Source: Truepera sp. (GTDB lineage: Bacteria > Deinococcota > Deinococci > Deinococcales > Trueperaceae). From it: a stretch of DNA of 64,000 nt. Numbering within the stretch: position 1 is the stretch's first letter; every line of letters begins with the position of its first letter. The notes under the pieces were generated by a model. The model ran no database searches and was not told the DNA's origin. It worked only from the letters and a program-made list of their open reading frames with translations. Where the stretch lies: assembly GCA_965218435.1 (NCBI GenBank), contig CBDCKW010000009.1, forward strand, positions 1,472,001 through 1,536,000. The letters are read 5' to 3'. Positions 9,378-19,030 of this stretch are shown here, piece after piece. The translations under genes were made by a program, and so were the position numbers.

Positions 9378-10658
9378 ATGAAGATAAAGCAGTTAGCTTT
9401 GGTCACAGGTCTGAGCGGCGTACTAGGCGTCGGCGCTCTGGGGCTGAGCGGCCTCACGAACGCACAAACCAGTACGCAAGACGCGTCCGGTCTGCTTTCA
9501 TACGAGCAAAATACGATAGACATCGTGAACGAGTACGGGCCGAGCGTCGTTTCGGTCAACGTCACGGCGCAGGTGCAGACGCAAAATACGCAGGTTCCGG
9601 GACAGCTTCAGGATTATTTAGACCAGCTGCCACCGCAGTTACGCGACTTTTTTAATCAGCAGATGCCGCAGCAACAGCCGCCACAACCGCCACAACAGGC
9701 CGAAGGCAGTGGCTTCGTGATTGACAACGACGGCCGACTTATTACCAATTTTCACGTTGTTAAAGACACGTTGCAAAACAACTCGGTTAAATATACGCAG
9801 GGCTCGAGCATTACCGTGACGTTTCCGGGCAGTGAAACCGAGTATCCAGTTAATGTCGTCGGGGTCAATACGCTCTACGACATTGCGCTGATCGAACTTA
9901 AAAATCCTAAAGACTTGCCCCAGAACGTTAAACCCATTCCGATTGCCGATTCGGACAACATCCAGGTCGGTGAAAAAGCTATTGCTATCGGCAACCCCTT
10001 CGGCCTCAACAGCACCGTTTCGTCGGGGATCGTCTCGGCGGTCAGCCGAGACGCGCCGAGCATCGGGCAGGTTGATGTGCCGTATGTGCAGACCGACGCG
10101 GCGATCAACCCCGGCAACTCGGGCGGCCCGCTACTCAACTCAGACGGTGAAGTCATCGGCATCAACACCCAGATTTTGGCCGGTGGGGGCGGTCTTGGTG
10201 GGCAAGCAGGCAATATCGGGATCGGTTTTGCGGTGCCGAGTAATCTGTTACAACAAAGTTTGGCCCAGCTCGAGCAAGGCGGCATAGTCAGCCTCGATAC
10301 CAAACCCCGTTTGGGTATCGTGATCGGCACTGTGTCGGATTATCCTGAAAGCGTCCGTAATAATCTCAATCTGCCGAACCAGGGTATCGTCGTGCAAGAG
10401 GTGCAACCAGGGAGCGCCGCAGCGCGTGCCGGGATTAAAGGCTCTGACTTCCAAGTTATGTACCAGGGTCAACCGATTCCTGCAGGTGGCGACGTCATCA
10501 CCGCCATTGACGGCAAACCGGTGACCACGACCGCCGAACTGCAAAACGACATCTTGAGCCGTAACAAAGGCGATACGGTCACCTTGACCATCGTCCGTGG
10601 CGGCAAGGAGCAGCAGGTCAAGGTCACACTCGCGCAGGTGCCGCAGCAACGGAACTAG
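9378..10658 (+). CDS. HtrA/DegP-like S1C serine protease with PDZ domain
   Basis: Signal peptide, GSGF, TNFHV, QTDAAINPGNSGGPL, C-terminal PDZ. Confidence 0.95.
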   Translation: MKIKQLALVTGLSGVLGVGALGLSGLTNAQTSTQDASGLLSYEQNTIDIVNEYGPSVVSVNVTAQVQTQNTQVPGQLQDYLDQLPPQLRDFFNQQMPQQQPPQPPQQAEGSGFVIDNDGRLITNFHVVKDTLQNNSVKYTQGSSITVTFPGSETEYPVNVVGVNTLYDIALIELKNPKDLPQNVKPIPIADSDNIQVGEKAIAIGNPFGLNSTVSSGIVSAVSRDAPSIGQVDVPYVQTDAAINPGNSGGPLLNSDGEVIGINTQILAGGGGLGGQAGNIGIGFAVPSNLLQQSLAQLEQGGIVSLDTKPRLGIVIGTVSDYPESVRNNLNLPNQGIVVQEVQPGSAAARAGIKGSDFQVMYQGQPIPAGGDVITAIDGKPVTTTAELQNDILSRNKGDTVTLTIVRGGKEQQVKVTLAQVPQQRN

Positions 10659-10689
10659 AGTCATTAGATCCGGCTACACGTTTCAGGAG

Positions 10690-10710
10690 GGGTGCATCAC
10701 GCACCCTTTC
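10690..10710 (+). terminator. Probable intrinsic terminator after htrA
   Basis: GGGTGC-ATCAC-GCACCC followed by TTT. Confidence 0.5.
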
Positions 10711-11295
10711 GATATTCGGGCTCAATCTCTTGTGCTTGAGCAGATGCTAGGCTCTGTTGAAATGTGCTCTTGTTATTCTACACAAAAGTGCTTTGTCTTA
10801 TCACAGATAGTACCTAAAGGCAAACCCTAGACCGGGTTGGACCAGGGCAACCGCAAAGTCGGCAACGTAGAGTTGGTGGATGACAGAACGAGACTTACCT
10901 GAACTGATCAAGCACTTTGCCAACTTACCCGACCCGCGTGATCGCCGTGGGATTCGGCATGAGCTAGTAGACATTGTGTGCATCAGCATTTTGGCGGTTA
11001 TCTGCGGGGCGAACACGTATAGCCAGATACATCAGTACGCCTTAGCACACGAGACGTGGTTGCGTAGCTTTCTAAAGTTACCTTCTGGGATACCGAGTCA
11101 AGCCACGTTTGAGCGGGTGTTTGCAGTGCTGAGTCCAGACGCTTGGCAGTCGCGTTTTTTGTCTTGAACCCAGACGCTGGTGCTACCGGCGTTGGCTGAA
11201 GGAGAGGATGAGGTGCTGGCGCTTGACGGCAAGAGTGCTAGAGGCTCTGCTGGCAAAGAAGGGGCACTGCACACGGTAAGTGTATGGTCGAGTCA

Positions 11296-11346
11296 GCGGA
11301 CAGGCCCGGTGGAGGCGCAAGCCGAACATGCCGTTTTGTCCAAGAC
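11296..11346 (+). repeat. Hairpin micro-element copy C (51 bp)
   Basis: GCGGACAGGCCC-GGTGGAGGCGCAAGCCGAACA-TGCCGTTTTGTCCAAGAC; removal restores WSSQ-LEVVLAQ. Confidence 0.9.
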
Positions 11347-11501
11347 GCTTGAGGTTGTCTTAGCCCAACAGCAGGTGCCGGAGAAGACAAACGAGATCAC
11401 CGTCATCCCCGAACTGTTGGAAGTTGTCAACCCCGCCGGGGCGGTTGTCACCACAGACGCTATGGGAACACAAGCAGGTGGCGTGGACGGTTCGAGAGCA
11501 T

Positions 11502-11539
11502 CTAGTACGGGCAAAGCCCGGCCCTCGTGGGCCTAGTAC
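11502..11539. repeat. Second micro-insert: 24-bp double hairpin flanked by CTAGTAC direct repeats
   Basis: CTAGTAC-GGGCAAAGCCCGGCCCTCGTGGGC-CTAGTAC; removing 31 bp restores EHLVHYLLALKDN. Confidence 0.8.
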
Positions 11540-12036
11540 ATTACTTGCTGGCGCTCAAGGACAACCACCCCACGCTGTTTGAAGATGTCAAGGGCTTCTT
11601 CGGCTACGCCGATAAAGTCAACTGGGAGCTTGAACATAGCCACACCCAAACGACTGAGCAGGGGCATGGACGCAGTGAAACACGCGAATGCCGGGTGTTG
11701 GCGGTTCCCGAGTGGCTGCATGAACGTGAGAGCTGGCGCGACTTGACCAGCATCGTGCGCGTCTACGCAAGCCGTACAGTCGGCAACCACACAACCGCGC
11801 ACAGCCGTTACTTCATCACCAGCTTGCCACTCGATGCCGAGCGTATTCTCCGAACGGTACGCTTTCACTGGGGTATCGAAAACGGCCTACATTGGGTGTT
11901 GGATGTGGCTTTTGACGAAGACCGCCCGCGCACACGTCTCAAAAACGCCCAAGCGACCTGGGTCGCGCTTAGACATCTCGCCATGAACCTGCTGAAACGA
12001 AACAAAACCATCAAGGCAGGTGTCGAAGCCAAACGC

Positions 12037-12882
12037 TTACGCGCAGGCTGGGACCGCGACTACCTCCTTAAACTCCTCGCTTCCTGACTTTGCGGTGGCC
12101 CTGGCTTTTCTGGCAACCAACGAATAGCTGAGGGGCGGTTTGTGTTCATAGTCCTGAAACGCTCTGTAGTTATTGGAGAGGTCGTGGCCGTATTCGGCAA
12201 AATGGGTCAGGGTAAAGTTTGACGCTAGGCACAGACCAACGATGCTCGAGAGCGTGTGTTGAAACCAGTACGACTGCGCACGCCCGGTTTGAGCCGGGTC
12301 CATGTAGTCAGGCAGAGCTTCCTCAACAAAAGGCTCCTGCCGAAAATACGAACTGTCAATCTCGAGGCTAGTAGGGTCAAACATGCCCAGGATGGGGTGT
12401 TGGTCGTACAGAAAGAGATAACCACCGGGACGAAGCAGCCGCTCGATAACGCCAAAAAAAGCGGGCAGGTCAGGTAACCAGCCGAGTACGCCGACCGTGA
12501 GGTAAACGATATCAAACGCAGCGGTGTAGGTCTCGTCTATATCGTAGACGCTGGTACAGACAAATTCAACATTTTGCCCGCTGGCTTTGGAGAGCTCTTT
12601 ACCCTGCTCGAGAAAGTTCTCGGACATATCAAACCCGACGCAGCGCCTCGCCCCTGCCTTTTTAACGCTAATCAGTTCACGCCCATTGTTGCAACCGAGT
12701 TGGGCGACGTCTTTGTCTGCTAAGCCGATCTCTGCAGACAGCTGACGCTCGACCTTATCAAAGGTTGTAAAGTCGGGTTGGCTGATTTTCGCTAAAAATT
12801 CAGCAAAACCTTCGTCACGGTAAATATCCGCCGTTCGGTTCCACATGTCGTGATTAGCCTTGATATATTTGTCGTTTTCCAC
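12037..12882 (-). CDS. Class I SAM-dependent methyltransferase (C-terminus runs into the ISAs1 end)
   Basis: QLGCNNGRE motif I, FDIVY..GVLGWLPDL, LRPGG. Confidence 0.85.
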   Translation of the reverse strand: MENDKYIKANHDMWNRTADIYRDEGFAEFLAKISQPDFTTFDKVERQLSAEIGLADKDVAQLGCNNGRELISVKKAGARRCVGFDMSENFLEQGKELSKASGQNVEFVCTSVYDIDETYTAAFDIVYLTVGVLGWLPDLPAFFGVIERLLRPGGYLFLYDQHPILGMFDPTSLEIDSSYFRQEPFVEEALPDYMDPAQTGRAQSYWFQHTLSSIVGLCLASNFTLTHFAEYGHDLSNNYRAFQDYEHKPPLSYSLVARKARATAKSGSEEFKEVVAVPACA

Positions 12883-12934
12883 AAAGCAGTCTACACCGCG
12901 GCTTGCACCCTATCCTAACAAACTCAAATCGGAC

Positions 12935-14710
12935 CTAATCCAACAACACGCCGACGCCGTCGTCTTGCTGCAGGTCGTAAAGCCTGCGGTAGAGCCCACG
13001 GTGTAGCAGCAGTTCGCGGTGCGTCCCCTGTTCGGCCAAATGCCCGCCGCTCAGGACGAAAATCTTGTCCGCACCCTGCACCGTCGAAAGCCGGTGCGCG
13101 ATGATGATAGTTGTGACGCCTGAACGCTCTTCAAACAACCCTGCCAAAGCGTCCTGAATCACGCGTTCGGATTCGGCGTCCAAGCTGCTGGTCGCTTCGT
13201 CCAAAATCAGGACCGACGTCTCTTTAAGGAGCGCCCGCGCAATCGCCAGCCGCTGCTTTTGCCCACCTGACAGCTTGACGCCGCGCTCGCCGATTTCGGT
13301 TTCAAAGCCGAACGGAAGTGCTTCGATAAAGCCTGTGGCGTTGGCGAGGCGGGCCGCGTATTCAACCTCGGCGTCGGCAGCGTCCGGTTTGGCGTAACGG
13401 ATATTGTCGCGGACCGAACCCGAAAAGAGGGTGGGTTCTTGCGGCACAACAGCAACTCGGCTTCTGAGCGCGGCGAGGTCAAAGTCAGGTAGCGTGTGAC
13501 CGCCCAACCTGATAGCACCCGAATCAGGGTCGTACAGACGGCTGACGAGCTTGGCGACAGTACTTTTACCTGCGCCTGAAGGTCCAACCAGCGCAACGGT
13601 TTGCCCCGGTAGAACGCTAAAACTCAGGGTGTTGAGGGCGTTGCCCTTGCCTTCGGGATACGAGAACGAGACATTGTGAAACTCGAGCCCCACCTCTCCG
13701 ACTCCTGGTGAGGTGCGTGTACCGCCCGTTTCAGGTTCGTCTTGAATGAGGGCGTCAACGCGCTCTAAGGCCGCCAACCCTGCCTGCAGCGCGTTGTTAA
13801 AAAACATAACCGAGCGTACCGGCCCGATCAAACTGCCTAGATACAGCACAAACGCCGAAAGTTGCCCGACCGTCAGGTTTTGCCGCGACACGAGGTAGCC
13901 GCCGAAGACGAGTACGGCGGCGAGTCCGAGGTCAGCCGAGAGACCGACAAACGCCTCCATGTAACCGACCTGTTTACGGCGTTCTAAGTTAAGGTCTACA
14001 TAGGTGTCGTTGTCGGCGGCAAAACGACGAAACTCTAACGGTTCATTGGCAAAACTCTTGACCACACTGATGTTGCTGATCGCTTCTGACGCGGTAGCGG
14101 TCAACTCCCCGACGCGCTGCCGAACGCTCCTCGCCGAACTGCGGAGCGGCCCCTGATAGTAGCCCGTAAAAAACGCCATCGCCAAGGTAATCGCCAGGGC
14201 AATCAGCGCGAGTTGCCAGTTAGTAAAAAATAAGACGACTAGGATAATCACGACGCTAAAAAGTTGCCCCAACAGCCGCGACGCCCCAGACTGAATCATG
14301 GTTTCCAAAGCGTTTACATCCGAGACGACCCTCGAGACCAGTGAACCCGAACGCTCCTGTGTAAAGCGCGTCAGCGGCAAGGTCAATAAACGGCTGTAAG
14401 CAGAAAGCCGCGTTTCAGAAATCACGGTCTGCGTAAACGCGTAAGAGTAGTACATGGCGACGTAACCGAGCCACGCTGAGAAGAGATAAAAGAACAATGC
14501 CCCGCCACCGGCTAACCAAAAAAGCCGCACGTCGGCGCGCGGAATCAGCACGTCAATGGTGAACTGCACGAACTTTGGCCAAAGGGCGCTGAGCGCGGCG
14601 GTCAGGGTCAGTAAGAGAGACAGCCCCGCTGCTTGGTGCCAGCGGGGGCGGACCATCTGCCAAAGGCGGTTGAGGGCAGTGCGGGGGGAGATTTGCTGCT
14701 GGGGCGTCAC
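12935..14710 (-). CDS. ABC exporter, fused permease/ATPase (MsbA-like)
   Basis: N-terminal TM domain, GPSGAGKS, LSGGQKQR, LDEATS, IAHRLST. Confidence 0.95.
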   Translation of the reverse strand: MTPQQQISPRTALNRLWQMVRPRWHQAAGLSLLLTLTAALSALWPKFVQFTIDVLIPRADVRLFWLAGGGALFFYLFSAWLGYVAMYYSYAFTQTVISETRLSAYSRLLTLPLTRFTQERSGSLVSRVVSDVNALETMIQSGASRLLGQLFSVVIILVVLFFTNWQLALIALAITLAMAFFTGYYQGPLRSSARSVRQRVGELTATASEAISNISVVKSFANEPLEFRRFAADNDTYVDLNLERRKQVGYMEAFVGLSADLGLAAVLVFGGYLVSRQNLTVGQLSAFVLYLGSLIGPVRSVMFFNNALQAGLAALERVDALIQDEPETGGTRTSPGVGEVGLEFHNVSFSYPEGKGNALNTLSFSVLPGQTVALVGPSGAGKSTVAKLVSRLYDPDSGAIRLGGHTLPDFDLAALRSRVAVVPQEPTLFSGSVRDNIRYAKPDAADAEVEYAARLANATGFIEALPFGFETEIGERGVKLSGGQKQRLAIARALLKETSVLILDEATSSLDAESERVIQDALAGLFEERSGVTTIIIAHRLSTVQGADKIFVLSGGHLAEQGTHRELLLHRGLYRRLYDLQQDDGVGVLLD

Positions 14711-14778
14711 TACTTTAGCCTACCGCCGCCTGCTGCGCTGCACCCAGCAATGCGCTACCGAACGGGCTAAAGTGGGTT

Positions 14779-15423
14779 ATGATGCCCCAAAAGATGACAC
14801 CCAAAAAGATAACGGACGCGCCTCTTCCCTATCTGCTCTATACCCCGAACACTACAAAAGACGCGCCTGTGCTCCTCTTTTTACACGGCTCCGGCGAACG
14901 CGGGAGCAACCTCGTTCACGTAGGTGACGAAGGCTTATCGGAGATTTTAGCGAGTCTACCTGAAGAGACTATCGTCATTGCACCGCAGTGCCCCGAAAAC
15001 TCGCGTTGGACTGAGCATTTAGAGGCGTTAGCAACGGTCCTGGACGAGGTCACTGCTCGTTACGCGGTAGACCCCCAACGTAGCTATTTGACCGGGCTCA
15101 GCATGGGCGGTCAAGGCGCGTGGTATCTGGCAGCCCGCACACCCGAACGCTTTGCTGCGCTCGTTCCGGTCTGTGGCCGGAGCAATCCGGCAGAGGCGCA
15201 GCGGCTCATCAGCCTGCCAACGTGGGTTTTTCATGGTGCAGATGACGAGGTTGTCCCACCAGAAGAGTCTGAAAAGATGGTGCGGGCATTGCAAAAGGCG
15301 GGCAGCAAAGCTAAATTGACCGTCTACCCTGACGTCGGGCACAACAGCTGGGCAAGGGCCTACGCTGAAGACGACCTCTACGCCTGGATCTTCGCGCAGC
15401 GTCAGGGTCAACCAGAACTCTGA
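14779..15423 (+). CDS. Alpha/beta hydrolase (predicted peptidase/esterase)
   Basis: LHGSGERG, GLSMGG nucleophile elbow, FHGADD, GHNSW. Confidence 0.85.
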   Translation: MMPQKMTPKKITDAPLPYLLYTPNTTKDAPVLLFLHGSGERGSNLVHVGDEGLSEILASLPEETIVIAPQCPENSRWTEHLEALATVLDEVTARYAVDPQRSYLTGLSMGGQGAWYLAARTPERFAALVPVCGRSNPAEAQRLISLPTWVFHGADDEVVPPEESEKMVRALQKAGSKAKLTVYPDVGHNSWARAYAEDDLYAWIFAQRQGQPEL

Positions 15424-15429
15424 ATCTGG

Positions 15430-16407
15430 TCAGGCTGGCACATAACAGCGGAGCAGCACGCCTTTGCCGGAAAGCGTGTAACCGCCTAGCACCGCAGGAA
15501 TGACACACGATCCGCCCTGCGTAAGCGTCACTTCGGTGTCGCCTGCGCGGACAGCAAGCTCACCGGACAAAACGCTGAGCAGGTCGGCGCTTGCCGGGTC
15601 GGTAGAGGTTTGTAAATCGCCGGAAACTTCCCACCGTTCAGCCGCGAAAAACTCTGTTTTAAGCAGTTCAGTTTTACCGTCTCCCAAAGGTTTAGGCGTG
15701 AGCAGCGCATGTTCACCGGGGGTCAGGTCAGCGACCTCGAGCGCCTTATCTAAATGCAACTCCCTGGGTTTGCCCGCGCTGTCTTTACGCCCGTAGTCGT
15801 ACAACCGGTAGGTCAAGTCCGACGCCTGCTGGATTTCAAACAAGAATATCCCCGCGCCGATGGCGTGAACCGTTCCGGCGGGGTTATACACCACGTCTCC
15901 GGCTTTGACCGGTACCTTATTGAGGTAGGACTCGAGCCGCTCCTCACGCGCTGCCGCTTTAACTTCTTCGGGTGTCAAGGTGTCCTTAAAGCCCCAGATG
16001 ATGTACGCGTCCGGGGCCGCTTCTAAAATCAGCCACGCTTCGCTCTTACCGTGATCCGAGCCAGCCTCATGCTCGTGCGCGTAAGCGTCGTCCGGGTGAA
16101 CCTGAATCGAGAGCTTGTCGGCGGCGTCAATAAATTTAGCCAGAAGCGGGAAGGTGTTACCGTACCGCTCAGCGGGCGCGGTACCGATCAGGTCAGCGCC
16201 CAGCTCAGCCGTGAGGTCTGCGAGCGTTTTGCCTTGCAGCGGGCCGTTTAAGACGCGGTTCTCGCTGTAGATGCTCCACGCTTCACCTAAGGGTTCTTCG
16301 CCAGCAGGTTCTGACAGGCTCAAAAATGAGATGAGCCGGTCGCCTCCCCAGAGGCGCGGGCTTAGGTAGCGGTCAAGCTCGAGCGGATACAGGTGGGTAT
16401 TGGTCAT
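15430..16407 (-). CDS. manA: Type I mannose-6-phosphate isomerase
   Basis: WGG, PLLAKFID, LSIQVHPDD, K.EAW, GTVHAIG, EIQQASD.TYRLYDY; start moved to ATG 16407. Confidence 0.9.
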   Translation of the reverse strand: MTNTHLYPLELDRYLSPRLWGGDRLISFLSLSEPAGEEPLGEAWSIYSENRVLNGPLQGKTLADLTAELGADLIGTAPAERYGNTFPLLAKFIDAADKLSIQVHPDDAYAHEHEAGSDHGKSEAWLILEAAPDAYIIWGFKDTLTPEEVKAAAREERLESYLNKVPVKAGDVVYNPAGTVHAIGAGIFLFEIQQASDLTYRLYDYGRKDSAGKPRELHLDKALEVADLTPGEHALLTPKPLGDGKTELLKTEFFAAERWEVSGDLQTSTDPASADLLSVLSGELAVRAGDTEVTLTQGGSCVIPAVLGGYTLSGKGVLLRCYVPA

Positions 16408-16415
16408 GCCCCAGC

Positions 16416-17948
16416 TTAGTACGTTTGCGACCTTTCTTTTTGGTCTTCGGCTAAATACCACGCTGGGCTGCGCGTCAGGGTTGGGGCGCGGGCGACCGTT
16501 CCGGTACGCAGCGAGACGGGGACGGCAACGCCGCCGGAGAGCCGCAGCAAGTACCCTTCAGCGGGTGTTTGTACCGAAGCCGAGGCAGGGAGGACGAATC
16601 CGTAAACGCCGTTCGCATCGGTTGGTGAGGTAGCGACGACCTTTCCGCTACGGAGCAGTTCAACGTTCTCTGGTTTATCCGCCTCGACTCGTCCCAGTAA
16701 TGCGGTGACCGGTGGTGGCCGACCGAACACTGTGGCGGTGCTGACGGTGGCGGTGCTGACGGTGACAGTGCTGAGGAGAGGCCCCAACGCAGCTCTAGCG
16801 GTCTCCGCCGTCTCGAGCCCCGCATCGGTTCCGGCACTCGGCGTGCGGTACGAGTACCCGACCCAACCCGACAGCCCCGGCGTTTTTAGAACGTCCTCCA
16901 CTTGCGCCTGCACCTCGGTGGGTTCGTTTTGGTAGAGCCCCAGCCCGACCGCCGTCACGCCGCCTGAGGTGAGCGTCGGAGCGTAGCGGTTCCAGGCTTG
17001 AAACCATTCTTCCTCCCGAGCATCTCCGAATCGTTTGTAGTTCATCGGGATGTTGAGGTCTAAAAAGCCGTTTTTTAGCCACCCCGCCCAATCTTGCAAC
17101 ACGAGGCGGTAGGCGACGCTGTTAGCAAAGCTCTCCGGCGGCGCACCGTAGGCGACGGTCGCCGACCCGACCCAGAGTGCGGGGTTGGCGCGTTTAAGTT
17201 CTAAGTAGAGGCGGCGCTCGAGCAGACTCAGCTGCCGCCGCCGCCACACCGTCCAAGTGGGGTCGCTCGGATGCGGTAAACCCACCGCGCCGGTTTCTTC
17301 TCTGGTTTCTGCCGCGTAACGCGCCAGACTCACCCCGTTATACCCCCAACTCGGCGCGTCATCCAAATTGAAGTCCGGGTAACGCAACCGGTCGAAGGTC
17401 ACACCGTCGAGGTCGTAGTTTTGTGCGAGGCTGACCACGGCGGCGCTGAGGTAGTCGGCGACCGCCGGGACGCCGGGGTCTAAGTAAACGTCTCTTTCAG
17501 GGCGCGTCACGCCGTCGTAGCGCAGGTTGAGCCAGCTCTCCCCTGCCGGAGCGTTCGGACCATGCAAATTGTAAACGTGTTCAGGACTCGGCGGCGGCGC
17601 GTCAGCGCCCCACAAGGCCAATGTTACAACCCACGCGTGAACCTGGATTCCGGCAGCGTGGGCGCGTTCTAACAGCAGGGCCAGAGGATCGAAACCGGGC
17701 GTCAGCGCAGGATCGTCACTAACCGGCAACTTTGATCGCAAACAGTAACAGTCACCACGCCGCACGACCTGGACGAATAAGGCGTTAAGACCCAGCGCCT
17801 TTGCGTCGGAAACGAGCGTGTCAATCTCTTGGGGTGACTTAAAACCGGGGCCGTAGGCGTCTACCCAGAGGCCGCGAAGCTGACCTGACGCGGTTGCAAA
17901 AACAGGCGAGGCGAACGAGAGGAGTAGGGAGGCCAAGAGGACGCGCAT
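16416..17948 (-). CDS. Secreted glycosyl-hydrolase-like (GHL10/DUF187, YngK-like) protein
   Basis: Signal peptide, RGLWV, FDPL...AHAAGIQVHAW, LDPG.P, YDLDG..FD..RYP, QDW; likely start ATG 17948. Confidence 0.8.
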   Translation of the reverse strand: MRVLLASLLLSFASPVFATASGQLRGLWVDAYGPGFKSPQEIDTLVSDAKALGLNALFVQVVRRGDCYCLRSKLPVSDDPALTPGFDPLALLLERAHAAGIQVHAWVVTLALWGADAPPPSPEHVYNLHGPNAPAGESWLNLRYDGVTRPERDVYLDPGVPAVADYLSAAVVSLAQNYDLDGVTFDRLRYPDFNLDDAPSWGYNGVSLARYAAETREETGAVGLPHPSDPTWTVWRRRQLSLLERRLYLELKRANPALWVGSATVAYGAPPESFANSVAYRLVLQDWAGWLKNGFLDLNIPMNYKRFGDAREEEWFQAWNRYAPTLTSGGVTAVGLGLYQNEPTEVQAQVEDVLKTPGLSGWVGYSYRTPSAGTDAGLETAETARAALGPLLSTVTVSTATVSTATVFGRPPPVTALLGRVEADKPENVELLRSGKVVATSPTDANGVYGFVLPASASVQTPAEGYLLRLSGGVAVPVSLRTGTVARAPTLTRSPAWYLAEDQKERSQTY

Positions 17949-18011
17949 AGGCAGATTTATGCTAGCACGCACCCTGCGCGGCGCTGCTGCTGTCGTCACG
18001 GTAGGGTGTGA

Positions 18012-18929
18012 GTGATGACGTTCACTGATGAACCGCTAGGGGAGGTTGTAGAGGTCTTGAGAGCAAATTTGGGGCCTCTGCAAATACGCGAACCGCTGAG
18101 TTTTTATGCCCCCAACCCCGACTCGAGCACGGAGCTTTTTGCGGGTGAGCTGTTTGAGCACGGCGGCGTCCGTTACCGCCACCGACCCCTGCGGGTGTGG
18201 CTCGAGCTCGCCGAACAGCTCGGGTGCCGCTTGCACACGCCTGAGCCTAAAGGAGCCTTCATCAAACTTACACTGTCAAAATTGGCAGATACGTCTTGGC
18301 ATCAGGACAAAATAGGCCCTGAAACCTACGGTGAAGCCTCAGACTTTAGCCGCGTACAAAAGCTCGAGGAACCCACCTTTTTATTCGACTACATAAGAGC
18401 TTTAGAACGCGTCGCCCTGACACCGGGAAGCCACGTGCTGAGTTTGGGCGTAGGTCGAGGCGACGAACTCACGCCGTTTGAAACGCTGTTTGGGGGTTAC
18501 GACCTGAGCTTTACCGGAGTTGACCGTTCAGCGAGTGCGCTGAACCTTGCGCGTGAGCGGTTTCCCGGAGAGAATTACACCTTTATTCAGGCCGACTTAA
18601 ACGAGTTGGGGGGACAGGGACTGGGCCGTTTCGATCTCATCATCAGCGTCGCCACCTTTCAAAGTCCCGGTGTAGGGGGGCATACGCTCATCCGCGAAGT
18701 GGTACAAAACTACCTGACAGAGCGCGGAAGCTTGATCTTAGCTCTGCCCAACTGCCGCTACCGAGACGGTGAAGTCAGGTACGGCGCGAAGATGAAGAAC
18801 TTTTCCGAACCCGACCTGTCGCTCGCCATTAAAGACCTCGCGTTTTACCGGAAGTATTTGCAGCAGCACCGTTTTAAGGTTTTTTTGACCGGGAAGTATT
18901 ACCTGTTTTTGACCGCCGTACGCTCCTAA
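18012..18929 (+). CDS. Class I SAM-dependent methyltransferase
   Basis: VLSLGVGRGDE motif I, GVDRS, FDLI. Confidence 0.75.
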   Translation: MMTFTDEPLGEVVEVLRANLGPLQIREPLSFYAPNPDSSTELFAGELFEHGGVRYRHRPLRVWLELAEQLGCRLHTPEPKGAFIKLTLSKLADTSWHQDKIGPETYGEASDFSRVQKLEEPTFLFDYIRALERVALTPGSHVLSLGVGRGDELTPFETLFGGYDLSFTGVDRSASALNLARERFPGENYTFIQADLNELGGQGLGRFDLIISVATFQSPGVGGHTLIREVVQNYLTERGSLILALPNCRYRDGEVRYGAKMKNFSEPDLSLAIKDLAFYRKYLQQHRFKVFLTGKYYLFLTAVRS

Positions 18930-19030
18930 CGGATGACTCCTGTGGTCAGCCCTTTGATGATCTGTTTGCTGGCGAAGAAAAGTGCTCAGCATCATTGGTT
19001 GCTAAAATTTGAGTTGCAGCTTAGCAACGC

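Larger units (their letters stand above)
10880..12087 (+). pseudogene. ISAs1 transposase pseudogene
   Basis: LPDPR, GIPS, ALDGK, NEITVIP, DAMG, LKDN, HWGIENGLHWVLDVAFDED; lesions: TGA at 11165, 51-bp insert, frameshift near 11474, 31-bp insert. Confidence 0.92.
10843..12103 (+). mobile_element. ISAs1-family insertion sequence (decayed)
   Basis: TIRs CAGGGCAACCGCAAAGTC (10843-10860) and GACTTTGCGGTGGCCCTG (12086-12103), 17/18 match; no matching flanking duplication. Confidence 0.9.

Noticed and set aside
9580..9700. Gln/Pro-rich low-complexity stretch in htrA
   Set aside because: This is the ordinary variable loop of HtrA proteases.
10750..10765. GGCTCTGTTGAAAT similar to an IS6-type end
   Set aside because: No partner end or transposase remnant was found; it is too short to support.
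10816..10862. AAGGCAAACC...CGCAAAG resembles a c-di-GMP-I riboswitch
   Set aside because: The 3' half is the ISAs1 left TIR, and the GAAA-capped stem and third helix are missing.
6368..11346. 36-38 bp repeats as CRISPR repeats
   Set aside because: They are dispersed, in opposite orientations, with variable centres, no regular spacers and no cas genes.
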